64,000 nucleotides of DNA from contig OY740781.1 of the NCBI GenBank assembly GCA_963514005.1, positions 178,064,001 to 178,128,000 of the forward strand, in the 5' to 3' direction. The DNA is from Raja brachyura (lineage: Eukaryota). Positions within the stretch are counted from its first letter, which is position 1. Each line of letters starts with the position of its first letter. The position numbers were made by a program, and so were the translations under genes. This document shows, in pieces, positions 39,738 to 51,735 of the stretch. A model generated the notes under the pieces. The model did no database searches. It worked only from the letters and a program-made list of their open reading frames with translations, and was not told the origin of the DNA.

Positions 39738-41317
39738 CAGTGCCCTCCATAATGTTTGGGACAAAGACCCATCGTTTATTTATTTGCCTCTGTACTCCAC
39801 AATTTGAGATTTGTAATGAAAAAAATCATGTAGTTATAGTGCACATTGTCAGATTTTATTAAAGGCCATTTTGGTTTCACCATGTAGAAAGTACAGCTGC
39901 GTTTATACATAGTCCCCCCATTTCAGGGCACCATAATGTTTGGGGCACATGGTTCACAGGCATTTGTAATTGTTCAGGTGTGTTTAATTGCCTCCTTAAT
40001 GCAGGTATAAATGAGCTCTCACCACCTAATTTTTCCTCCAGTCTTTCCATCACCGTTGGAAACTTTTATTGCTGTTTATCAACATGAGGAGCAAAGTTGT
40101 GCCAATGAAAGTCAAATAAGCCATTATGAGTGAGAAACAAGAATAAAACTGTTCGAGACATCAGCCAAACATTAGGCTTACCAAAATCAACTGTTTGGAA
40201 CATCATTAAGAAGAAAGAGAGCACTGGTGAACTTACTAATAACAGGCCAAGGACGACCTCCAACAGCTGATGACGGAAAAATTCTCTCTATAATAAAGAA
40301 AAATCCCCAAACATCTGTCCGACAGATCAGAAACACTCTTCAGGAGTCAGGTGTGGATTTGTCAATGACCACTGTCCGCATAAGACATCATGAACCGAAA
40401 TACAGAGGCTACACTGCAAGATGCAAACCACTGGTTAGCTGCAAAAATAGGATGGCCAGGTTCCAGTTTGCCAAGAAGTACTTAAAAGAGCAACCACAGT
40501 TCGGGCAAAAGGTTTTGTGGACAGATGAGATGAAGATAACTCAATCAGAGAGATGGCAAGTATGCCAAAGCATACTGCCTCATCTTTGAAACATGATGGT
40601 GGGGGTATTACGGCCTGGGCATGTATGGCTGCTGAAGGTTCTGGTTCACTTACCTTCATTGATGATACAACTGCTGATGGTAATAGCATAATGAATTCTG
40701 AAGTGTATAGACACATCCTATCTGCTCAAGTTCAAACAAATGCCTCAAAACTCATTGGCTGGCGGCTCATTTTACGGCAAGACAATGATCCCAAACATAC
40801 TGCTAAAGCAATAAAGGAGTTTTTCGAACCTAAAAAATGGTCAATTCTTAAGTGGCCAAGTCAATCACCCAATCTGAACCCAATTGAGCATGCCTTTTAT
40901 ATGCTGAAGAGAAAACTGAAGGGGGCTAGCCCCCAAAATGAGCATGAGCTAAAGACGGCTGCAATGCAGGCCTGGCAGAACGTCACCAGAGAAGACACAC
41001 AGCAACTGGTGATGTCCATGAATCGCAAACTTCAAGCAGTCATTGCATGCAAAGGATATGCAACAAAATACAAAACATGACTACTTTCATTTACATGACA
41101 TTGCTGTGTCCCAAACATTATGGTTCCCTGAAATGGGGGGACTATGTATAAACACTGCTGTAATTTCTACATGGTGAAACTAAAATGTATAAAAATGGCC
41201 TTTATTAAAATCTGACAATGTGCACTTTAACCACATGTGATTTTTTTCTATTACAAATCTCAAATTGTGGAGTACAGAGGAAAATAAATAAATGATGGGT
41301 CTTTGTCCCAAACACTG
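39738..41317 (+). mobile_element. Tc1-family DNA transposon, IR/DR type, decayed
   Basis: TA|CAGTG left end; about 212-bp TIRs at 39738-39949 and 41105-41317, each with two CCATAATGTTTGGG-type direct repeats; right flank CA in place of TA. Confidence 0.95.
40084..41080 (+). pseudogene. Tc1 DD34E transposase, disrupted by a stop, frameshifts and a deletion
   Basis: HTH N-terminus from ATG 40084 with an early TAA; VLWTDE, QDNDPKH and WPSQSPNLNPIE motifs with 34 residues between D and E. Confidence 0.93.
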
Positions 41318-43040
41318 CACACGTGATCCATATCCCTCAATTCCCTGCATATTCAATTTTTATTTAAATGACTATTAAATGTCATTATCGTATCCACTTC
41401 TACCACCACCCCTGGCAGCATTTTCCAGGCACTCTTAACTTTCTGTTTTAAAAAAACGGCCCCACATTGCCTTTAAACATTTCCCCTCTGATCTTAATGC
41501 TGCGCCCTTTAACATTTTCTTTAATATTTCCATTCTGGGATTAAGGTTCAGGCTGTTTACCCTATCTGAGTTTCCCCGAAATGTCTACACTTCTATCAGG
41601 TCTCTCCTCAAATTCCTGGCACTGCAGAGAAATCAATCCAAGCACAGACCTGCGGAACGTCTCGTATGGCTGATTCTTAATTAGTAAGGGTGTTGGGGGT
41701 TATGGGAAGAAGGCAGGAGAATGGGGTTGATAGGGAAAGATAGATTAGCTGTGATTGACTAGCGGAATAGACTTGATGGGCCAAATGGCCTAATTCTGCT
41801 CCTAAAACGTATGAACTTGCCCGACCTCTCGTAGCTAATACCCTCTAATCTGAGTCTGAAGACGGGTCTCGACCCAAAACATCACCCATTCCTTGTCTCC
41901 AGAGATGCTGCCTGTTCCGCTGAGTTACTCCAGTATTTTGTGTCTACCCTGTAATCCAGGTATGCATCCTGTTGAACCTCTTCTGCAGCCTCCCCAAAGC
42001 CTCCACTTTCTTCCTGTAACGGGGTGACCAGAATTACACCCAACACTCCAAATGCAGCAGACCAAATTATTATAAAGCTGCAACATGACTTTGACTCGGA
42101 CTCAATGTCTTAATCATAAATTCCTTCCATTATCCTTGAGTGATCCTACCTTCTCTTGAGTTAACCTCTGTTTTAAATGTGGGATTTTCTTTAATCCGAT
42201 TTACCAGTAATATTTTATAACTGCTTTTGGCACCTCTAATTCTTTGCTTGAGTTTTTTCCTGCCTGTGTCATATTATCAAAGGCCCCGTCTGATTTAATC
42301 TTCCTGAACTTTACATGTGTTTTTTTTCTGACCCATTTTACAACCCCTCTAGTCATCCATGTTTCCTTTCCCTTATCCCTCCTCTTTACTGGAATATGCC
42401 GGTCCTGAATTCTGATTAGCTGATCTTTAAACTACTCTCGCATTTCTGATGTGACTTCCCAACAGCAGCTGCTCCCAATTGACCTTCTTCAGCTCCTGTC
42501 TAATAAGGTAATCAAAGTTACCCCAATTTAGGCATGTTCCTCCAAAATCCAGACTTGTCCTTAGCCATAACTACCTTAATACTGATGGAGTTGTGATTGC
42601 TATTCCAAATGCTCTTCCACTGAAACCTAGCAGGCTCGTTTCCCAATACAAGGTCCAATATGGTCCATCACATGGACCATATTGATCGATCCATATCCAA
42701 TTTCACGAAAACCTTTTGACTACACCTAACAAATTCTGCTCCATCTAAGTCTTTTTGCATTAAGGAAGTCCCAGTCAATGTCAACTAATATGAGAACCCG
42801 GTTGTTTTTGCATTTTCCATAATCTGTCAGCAGGGCTGTTTCAGTATCTCCTGCTGCTGGCTAATGGGAAACAATTGTATCATTGTATTTGAGTGGTAGC
42901 ACCGTTCTTATTTTTGAACTCCACTCGTATTGTGCCGGTGGATGAATCCTTTGGTATGTCCTTGCTAAGTGTAGTTGTGACATTCTCCCAGATTAGTTAA
43001 GCAACTCATCCACCCCCTCTTCCTGCCTCTGTATCACATC
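41318..43040 (-). mobile_element. Old CR1 LINE fragments (continuing 39650-39737), with a nested + CR1 tail (about 41670-41817) and Penelope insert (41851-41944)
   Basis: CR1-like sequence resumes directly after the Tc1; Penelope insert flanked by TACCCT(C/G)TAATC. Confidence 0.75.
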
Positions 43041-43049
43041 TGATACTTT

Positions 43050-44025
43050 CACAAAGCTATCAAGGATGCCCAGCAGGAATTCCGGACCAAACTAGTGTTC
43101 TGAGGTTGTGGCAAGGCTTCCATGCTATAACTGGCTACTAAGTGAAATCAGGCAGTTTTTGTTGGCAACTACTGGCCATTTCCCAATGAGTTCAATACAT
43201 TTTATGCTCACTTTGAACAGAAGATCGATGGAGTAACAAAATCGGCCCCAACAGCCTCAGTTGTACCTGTATCTGTCACGATAGCAGATATCAGATCAAT
43301 CTCCCTGAGAGTGAACCTGCAGAAAGCAGCTGTCCTGGATGAAGTCTCTAGCCACGTCCTTGGAACTTGCAAGGTCCAGCTGGCAAGAGAATTCCCAGAC
43401 AACCATAACCCTTTGCGACTGAATTCTGATATCCCCACTTGCTTTAGAAGACCACCATCATCCCGGTGCCAAAGAAAAGCAGTGTCTTAATGACTTTGTC
43501 CAATAGCTCTGACATCCAGCATCATGAAGTGTTTTGAGAAAGCTTGATTTGGGAACAGCTGTGCCCAAGATGCAAGTAATTGCAGAGTTCTGGATGTAGC
43601 CCAGTTCATCTTAGACTTGCCTCCCACCATCTACTCATTATGCTGCCTCAAGAACGCAGCCATTACAATCAAGTACCTTATTCACCCCACTCATTCCCTC
43701 TTTTCCCCTCCCCAATTGGGCAGAAGAAGCAAAAGCTTGAAAGCAGGTAGCACCAAATTCAAGAACAACGTTCCCCTCTCTATCAGACTACTGCATGGTC
43801 CTCTCATAAGCTAGGGTGTAGTCCCAATCTTCCAAACTATTTCTTCACGGACATTTAACTTTTTCTCTCTAACTGTAATGCTACAGTGTAAAAGGATATT
43901 CTGCATAGTTTTTTCTCTTTCCACTACTGTTGTACTTGTGTACGGTATGATTAGATTTGGCTGGATAGCACGCAAACAAAAGCTTTTCACTCTATTTTAG
44001 TACACGCGACAATGATATACCAATA
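43050..44025 (+). mobile_element. Rex1/Babar-type LINE fragments
   Basis: Peptide remnants PNEFNTFYAHFEQ, TTIIPVPKKS and ALTSSIMKCFE, plus the 3' end IHPTHSLFSP...GRR. Confidence 0.7.
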
Positions 44026-44139
44026 CTTTGCAGACTGAATACGCGTGCTCTGCAAAGCAATCACACGATCTGCATTTAATTTCTCCACTGTAAAGAAGAC
44101 CACATTATGAACAGCGAATGCAATACACTAGAATATAAA

Positions 44140-44335
44140 CATGGGGAACTGCGGATGTTGGAATCTTTAGCAAAGCGCTGGAATAATTCAGCGGGCCGAG
44201 TAAGGAATGGATAGGAGACATTTTAGGTCGGGACCCTTCTTCAGACTCGAGACTTATCCCGACCCAAAATGTCGCTTATCCATTCCCTCCACAGATGCTG
44301 CCTGGCCCGCCATTACATCAGCACCGTGTGTTTTA
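44140..44335. mobile_element. Inverted Penelope terminal pair
   Basis: GGTCGGGACCCTTCTTCAGAC (minus core) then CCCGACCCAAAATGTC...GATGCTGCCTGG (plus). Confidence 0.7.
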
Positions 44336-45459
44336 CATGATATTGGACAATGGTCAGTGTTCGCAATGGGCTGGACTCTAAACTAGGGAAACCAAATGCA
44401 GATCACAGCTTACAGATGTGCAGTCAGGAACGCGTCACAGTAGTTTGCTAGTGGCAGTTCAATAATTAGATCTTCACGGCTGAATCTGAATTTGACCCCA
44501 AAGCTATTGGAGTTGCTGTATGGGATTAATTCCCATGAGATGAAGCGATTACCATGTTCTTGGTAGATATATTTCTCACTGCTAGATTCAAAATAGTAGA
44601 TTATCTGTCATCTGACAAGTTAGTGTGTACCACTGATAAGAACATGGCATTTTAATTTTTGTACTTGGATAACAAATTTTCTTCCTCTTAAATGTGTAGG
44701 CAAAATAAGCAGAATGAGGAGGGAAAATATGATACGACCAAAAGACACAAAATTATTTAAGAATCTTTTTTTACTTTTCCTGGGTGATAAAGTTATCATA
44801 TGTATTTCAGCTTTCATGAAGTGCATTTGGCACTTTAATTAATGTAGTTAGATTGTGTCACATGTTTTGCATTTGTTGAAGAGTACTGTCAAAAACGAGT
44901 TGCATCTACATCAACCTGAAAGCTAATGTGCTTACCCATGGTGAGAATGATTTTCATTTCTATTATTTTTAAGCAAAGGCTGGAGGAAAAGATGTTTTTA
45001 AATTTCTCGTTCTTTCCTGTGCCGCACTACAAAGCTGCTTAAAACAAATTTATGCTCAGTGGAATCATCACTTTGCACTGAAATCATATGGTGGCCCACA
45101 ACTGAAGCATTGCCTTTCTATGAAGTAAATATAACCAAATGTGTGTGCCTTTGTAATTTAATGCCTTTCTAAATTTCTATTGTTGATAGCCACATTAATC
45201 GAGAGATGCGTGGCACAAAAAGTGTCTATTTGGCCATTTATATTCTTGTCATCCATTACGAGAACTATTTTGATCAACTTCATCTCCCACCTTCTCATCC
45301 ATAATCCTGTAGAGAATAACACTTTTTGGATTCTTGTTTAGGTCTCCTTCATCCTTTTCACATAGTCTCATTATTGTGAATCTCCACGTGCCATTTTCTT
45401 TGTGTAATGTAGTCATCAAATTTGACCTGTGAAAAGATATAAAATGCAGATCAGACAAC

Positions 45460-45630
45460 ATCCATGAAGAACATGGGCAGGTGACGATTCGGGTCGTGAC
45501 CCTTCTTCAGACGTCCTGACCTAAAACGTTGTCTATCCATGTTCTCCAGGCACGCTGCCAGAACCGCTGAATTATTCCAGTATTTTGTGTGTTTCCTTGG
45601 TAAAAAACAGCTAAATTTTACCTGCGACCT
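45460..45630. mobile_element. Inverted Penelope terminal pair
   Basis: GTGACGATTCGGGTCGTGACCCTTCTTCAGAC followed by the plus-strand tail. Confidence 0.65.
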
Positions 45631-45639
45631 AGTTAGTCT

Positions 45640-46280
45640 GTTATACAATTTTGGCATAACCTGTCTGTCCTTTAAATTCTGTACTTCGTGCAATAAGGAA
45701 AGTATCCTGCGTGCCATCTTAACCACCATGACTCCCCCTCAAATGAGTTTTTGGGAGCTCTGGACATGCACTCCTCCTGTTCCTCAGCATTTCTTTAGCA
45801 ACCTGTTATAAAATAGAACGGCACAGGAACAGGCCCTTCGACCCACCTTGTCCATGACGACCAAGTTGGCACACTGGGATATCCCCATTGGCCTGCATTT
45901 GACCCTCTAAACACTTCTAAACTTAGATAATCTTCTCTGCTGACTACTATGCCACTAATTTTGATGTCATCTGCAAATATACTAATAATGTTAACTACAT
46001 TGTCATCTAAATCATTTATATATGTCCTAAACAGTGGATCTAGCATCGACCCCTTTGGTACTCCACTGGTCACAGGCCTCTAACAAAAAAACAACCCTCC
46101 AAAAATAACCTTTGAGTCCTTCTGCCAAGCCAATATTTAATCCATTTGACCAGCTCACTTTGGTTTCCATGAAATGTAATTTTCCTAATTAGCCTACCAT
46201 GTCAAAAGCCTTGCTAAGTCCATATAATGCCCACTGCTCTGTCTCATCAATCCTTTTGGTGGCCTCTTCAAAAAGCTCTA
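45640..46280 (-). mobile_element. CR1 LINE RT fragments
   Basis: TSGVPKGSMLDPLFRTYINDLD...IFADDIK RT core in ORF 45795..46073. Confidence 0.85.
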
Positions 46281-47523
46281 CATTTCCTTGCTTGTTTGCC
46301 CACCCCATGTAATGCTATTTGCCATTGCTTTTTCCCACCTCAGTAGTCTATTTATATTTCCCTGTATTTTACAACTTCAATTTGTTCTTCTGCTATTCAA
46401 TGACCACCCCGATTTCTCATCACTGCACCGATCTCTTTCCAAATTGGTGCTGTGGTGCTAGGAGACCTGATATCTCAGTCGTATGACTTTCATTTCTATT
46501 TGTAATGGTTTTGTCAAGAAGGTACTAATCCAATGCTTGATCATGAACCAAATGCTGAGTGTATTCTTAAATGCTCTCCACATGTAAATAATCATGCTGT
46601 ATTTTGAATAAATTCTCATTACCTTTAACTTCTCTAGTTTTGAGAGCTGTATGCCCACTTGCAACCCCCCCCCCCCCCCCCCCCCCCCCCCGCATGGCTG
46701 ATTGAAGCTGCTCTAACCCAGAATGAAATTATAAACTTGTGCTTATAATTACACTGGTCTGCATAGTATATTGTCCAATCATTTAGTCTACTGAATGTCA
46801 TAAATATAGCAATATACTCTGAATTATGCCAAAACATGATGGGCCTCCTAATGTACATGAACTTCAATTTCCTGAAAACAGGTACAACCGAGACTATCGT
46901 TATAATGCCCTTGGGGAATGCTCAGCTGCACTTTGCAACCAGGTGCCATGGTTTAACAACAGCCATCTCACAAGCCCTTCATCCTCCATGTGTGTGTTTC
47001 CAGATCACTGCATCTAAATTTCTACTGAAGTAAAGGTTAAATGAAGGTCTACACATAAAATTTGACAATAATTTATTAAGCATTAATATCTTCATCCCTT
47101 TCTCCATGCAGTAAAAGGATGTGCAGTTTTAAATTGCACCGTCTGATTAGTCCTAGGCCAAGTTTATACCCATGCGGTTTGAGGCTTAAAGCATGGCTTT
47201 TGACCGACCAGCAACAGCTTCCAATGTTACGTGCTGTTTATTGTGATTCTGACACAGCCACTTGGGTTAATAAGTTGGGTAAATTCATATGTAAGTTTCT
47301 AAATTAAAATCTTAAATTGATTACAACATGCAGTGCAGCTGCATTGTTGCCCTGCACTGGTATTACTTGGCTGTGTTTTTGCTTTGTCATTTAATTAAGT
47401 GTGTTCTTGAGGTCTCTTGTTTAATCATATGTTATGTGAACATGTTGTTTCAAGTTAACGCTGTCTCAACCTTTAATTTCTTATTTACATTTTAACTGCA
47501 TATGCTTATTTGAAAAAAAACAG

Positions 47524-47636
47524 GTGGCTTGAAAAACGCTCAGAGTGGTCCTGTTGTCATTACCGACGAAATATCAAAAAATATTGCTTTAGAAAAGCTT
47601 GAACAGATGAAAAAATGGAGTATAAGCACATACAAG
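47524..47636 (+). CDS. ARFIP1: Arfaptin-1 coding exon 4 with the amphipathic helix (GGLKNAQSGPVVITDEISKNIALEKLEQMKKWSISTYK)
   Basis: cAG acceptor, 113 nt, phase 1 to 0, AAG|GTATGT donor; SGPV, EKLE and KWS..TYK motifs. Confidence 0.93.
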
Positions 47637-48432
47637 GTATGTGCCTTTTAGATCTTTCCATATCTTATCAGCTAAAGTAGATATTTAGAAGAATATCAAT
47701 TAATTTTGAGACAGTTTATTTTGCATTGAGAAAAATAACCTTGTTTGACTTTATCGGTTCCTTTAATTCAAACTAACGCCTCCCAAAAAAAAACTTCCCT
47801 CCACCTATTTATTTCAATTTTCTGGAGTCGTAGTTTACCTGCCAATGAAAGCAAAGTAGTGATGCACTCTTAACAATTTTTTGACCAAGAAAGTATTTTC
47901 TCTGCGAAATAATAACTTGCCTTTGATGAAGTGTAGAGATGATCCAACTGCACTCACAATGAGATGATGTTGTGATTTTTCTTTTTTCGACATATTTTCA
48001 GTTCAATTGAATAACACATCTGGTGTATATGTCACTAAAGCCCCAATGTAGCAACACTTGAATACTGCTGCTGTATCTGGAAAGCCATTTTTATTACCTC
48101 TCTTGCATCCATAAACAAGATGTGAGAACAAATTGTCTAATAACCGATCCATTATACACAAGTCTCCTTTATTTATATTTAGTTTAACATTTATTGACAT
48201 CTCCAAAATAAAAATTGAAGCATATAATAGATGAAAATGTATGATTGATTAAATGATAAAATGGATGCTCAGGCAAGGCAAAGTTGATTATGAAACAAAG
48301 AAATAAAATATGTATCTGGAGGATTTGTGTACCACTTAGAAAACTATCAGTACTTACTGCACAAAAATAGAGCGACATTAACTTTTGTTTAAGCTCCAAT
48401 AAATTTCCTTCTACTAAAAGCTTAATCTATGT

Positions 48433-49250
48433 TAGAACATAAGAATCTAGAAAATAGCAGGTGTTGGCCATTGGCTCCACCACCCAATTCATCATGGCTA
48501 TTTTTGTTCCAATTTTTCTGTATTAACTGCATATCCCTTGATTCTCTTGCGATCCACAAATCTTTCAATCTCTGTTGTGAATATTCTCAGTGATAGAACT
48601 GCTACAGCCGTCTTGGTTAGAGAATCTCAAGGGATTAGTAGCATTATGAGTGAGGAAAATTTCTTCCCATTTCTATTCTGATTGGTCAACCATTATTTTG
48701 ATACATTGACCCGTGTTTTAGATACCACAACCTAGGGAAACATTGTCATATAAGATTTATGTATATTTCATTGTGATCCCTCTTGTTCTATTACCCAGTC
48801 TACTTAAGTCCTTCTTACAATAATCCTGCCATCTCGGGAATCAATTTGGTTAATCTTTCCTGCACCCTCTTAATTGTATTCTCTCCTGGGGAAGGAGACG
48901 AGATCAGTACACAGTATCCAGAAGTGATCTCACCAGGGCCTTGTATAATTGAAGGAAAGTCTCCACTTTTGTGTTAAAATCCTCTTGTGATAAATGTCAA
49001 ACTGCTTTTTACCTTCCTAATTGCTGGATCTACGTGTTAACTTGCAGTGTTTCAATGTACACAATGTCCTGAGGAACCTGGATGTCCAACACTTCTAGTT
49101 CTCATCATTTAAAAAAATATATTAAGTGTTCTCATTTTTTTTTTACCAAAGTGTTTTTCTTTCCTGTACATTTTACTTCATTTGCCATGTCATTGTCCAT
49201 TCACTTAAACTGTTAATCTCTCCATGAACTCCCATTGAATCCTCTTCACA
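48433..49250 (-). mobile_element. Old CR1 LINE 3' part
   Basis: AGAACATAAGAA tail and diverged similarity to the 10000-10860 copy. Confidence 0.65.
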
Positions 49251-50835
49251 GCTGCTTATCCAGTCAACTGCATGTTGCTGCACCTGATTGAAACAAAGAT
49301 TTATTGTCCAGATTATTGGTCTGACTTTATGCCACTTTACGGTTAAGCTGCAGGCATCGTTGCCTATACATCATAAAGTTGTAAGTTCAACCGCTATGGA
49401 GAGAAAAGAAATACAACACAAAAAACTATGCTGACATTCCAGTACAATGCTGAAGGACTGCAGTGTTTTTTTTTAAGCTCGTGTTTTGAATGAGGTATTA
49501 AATAATGCACTTGGATAATTGCAGAAGATACTTGATGCTATCTTTTATTAGAGTAAATGAATAAGTGAGCTACTCCAAATGTCCTGAGCAATGTTTGTCC
49601 TTTGGTTAACATTACTAAAGAAAACATTTTCACTTTGCTATTTGAGCGAGCTTACGGTGCACTGATTTGGCTGCCATGTTTCTTTGAGTTCATCAATCAT
49701 TTGCACTTCAAAACAGTACTTTGTTTGCTCTGAAGTTTGAAACAGTGCTAGACAGATGTTTATTTTTATACTGCTTCCCAACATCTTCATTTCTTGCTGC
49801 CCTTATTGTCTCTCTGCAATTTTTAAAATTGAAGCTTGGAATTACTGATTGCAATATCTGGTTTGGTTTTCTTTCTGTTGGTCATATCTTGATTTGTGGC
49901 CCTTGACACTTCAAACAGTTATGCTTCATTGCTACACTGCTAGATTCAAAAGAAAATATGTCTATAGTTCGAACAAGAATGAACAAGATAGCTCCACCCA
50001 GTCTGTTGGAACTCAGAGTATGGCACCTTTATGTGGCTTGGAGGTCACATCATCAAAATGTGTAGACTTAGTAGTCACTTGATCAGACATTGCATTTATT
50101 CCTATCATAGTGTAAATTATGCAAATTAGGCAAGCAAGATTTGACAGCCTGCAAAGATAAGGATCTTGCCTATTCAATTACCCCGTTACCCGAATGTCAG
50201 CTATAATTAAAACCACTAAAATTTATGTTCACACCTGTCTGCTGACTTAAATAATGCCTTTATTCAGTAGCAGAATGTTCTGAGGAATTAAAACTCAGCA
50301 GATCCACAAATCATATCAACCAGCAATTTGCAGGTTGTAAGATTCTTATTATTTCTAGAGAGAAAAACTTATACTGCAAAATAAAATTGAGTTGGACACT
50401 TCTGAGTTTTGAAGGATTCAAAATGTCAGCAAGACAAAACTGAGGTGGAAGAATGGATTGAGAATATGAGGCAGTTATAGCCTGTGTTTCAGTCGCACAA
50501 ACCGGTCGAGTCAGTAACAGATTGTGGAAATAAACTGGATATGATCCTTGCCGTTGCTGTGTATCACCAAGGAGATTGCTAGCAGTTGTCACAAGTTTTA
50601 TGCAGTGCTTGCCGTATGGTCAACAGTAGGAGCACTTGGGTGCTTCTGATTGATAATTGCAGTGGGCAATTCTATTACTTGAACTTAAAAAAAAATAATG
50701 ATTGGAAGTCTAGTATATAAAAATGGAAATGCTGATGTTTCCCTTAGCTTGGCTATCTGGGAACCAGAGGTCACAGTCAGCCATTCAGAACAGGGTTGAG
50801 GAATGTCTTCGCCCAAATAAAAGTAAATCCTTGGA

Positions 50836-50927
50836 ACGAAGATAGACACACAAAGCTGGAGTAACTCAGCAGGTCAGACCAGGTCAGACTTCGGTTTAAA
50901 CCAGCATCTGCAGTTCCTTCCTATACA
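50836..50927. mobile_element. Rearranged Penelope terminal insert within an old CR1 fragment
   Basis: Minus- and plus-oriented tail pieces flanked by the TAAATC(C/T)TTGGA duplication. Confidence 0.65.
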
Positions 50928-51513
50928 TAAATCTTTGGATCTCTATACACAGAGTTGTGGAAGCAGAGTTGCTGAGTATATCCAGAATAGAAATCTAAAT
51001 ATTTTGGATGTTATGGGAGTAAGGCCTACGAAATTGGTGCAGATCAGTGGAGCTGAGATGAAAGATCATCTATGACCTTTTGTTCTTTATGAAACATGAA
51101 GATTAATTTTATTCCCATCCTTTTTTAAACAATTGATTTTTGCACATTTTGCTCCTTGTTTCTTCTGCATCATTTTGGCGCCTCTCTCACCTGTGGGCAT
51201 CCTGACTTTTGAACTTCAGCCAAGTTTTAGATAAAGTAGAGTTGCTGTTTCATAGTTCAAGAGATCCATGTTCAATCCTGCCCCCTGGGTTGTCTCACTG
51301 TGTAGTGTGCATGTCTCTAGGTGACTTCTTGGGATTCCTCTGGGTTTTCTCCCATATCCCCCAAATGGGAAGCGACGGGGGGGAGGGCTGGATAGTGTCT
51401 CTATCTATCAACGACATTGAATGCATTTTATTTGTCATTGTTATCCCCTCGTACTTGTTATTATAAAACCGTTCCTATCTTCTGGTAAAACAAATTTTAT
51501 TTTTTTGTTACAG

Positions 51514-51735
51514 TGCACAAGACAAGTTCTATCTGAAAAGTTGGGACGTGGCTCAAAGACAGTGGATCTGGAACTTGAGTCACAGATAGAAATATTGAGA
51601 GAGACAAAGAGAAAGTATGAAAACCTCCTGCGACTGGCTCGCCAGATGGCATCACAATTTTACCAAGTAGTCCAGACACAGCGACAACTTGGAGATGTTT
51701 TTGGAGAACTTAGTGTGAAATCCCCAGAACTCCAT
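51514..51735 (+). CDS. ARFIP1: Arfaptin-1 exon 5, AH/BAR domain ([24 protein letters not shown]...KSPELH)
   Basis: Within ORF 51421..51780; ttacAG acceptor, 222 nt, GTAAGT donor; hallmark arfaptin sequence. Confidence 0.97.

Noticed and set aside
46826-46881. Possible extra ARFIP1 exon (GPPNVHELQFPEN followed by CAG|GTACAA)
   Set aside because: There is no convincing acceptor or homology, and the arfaptin sequence is complete without it.
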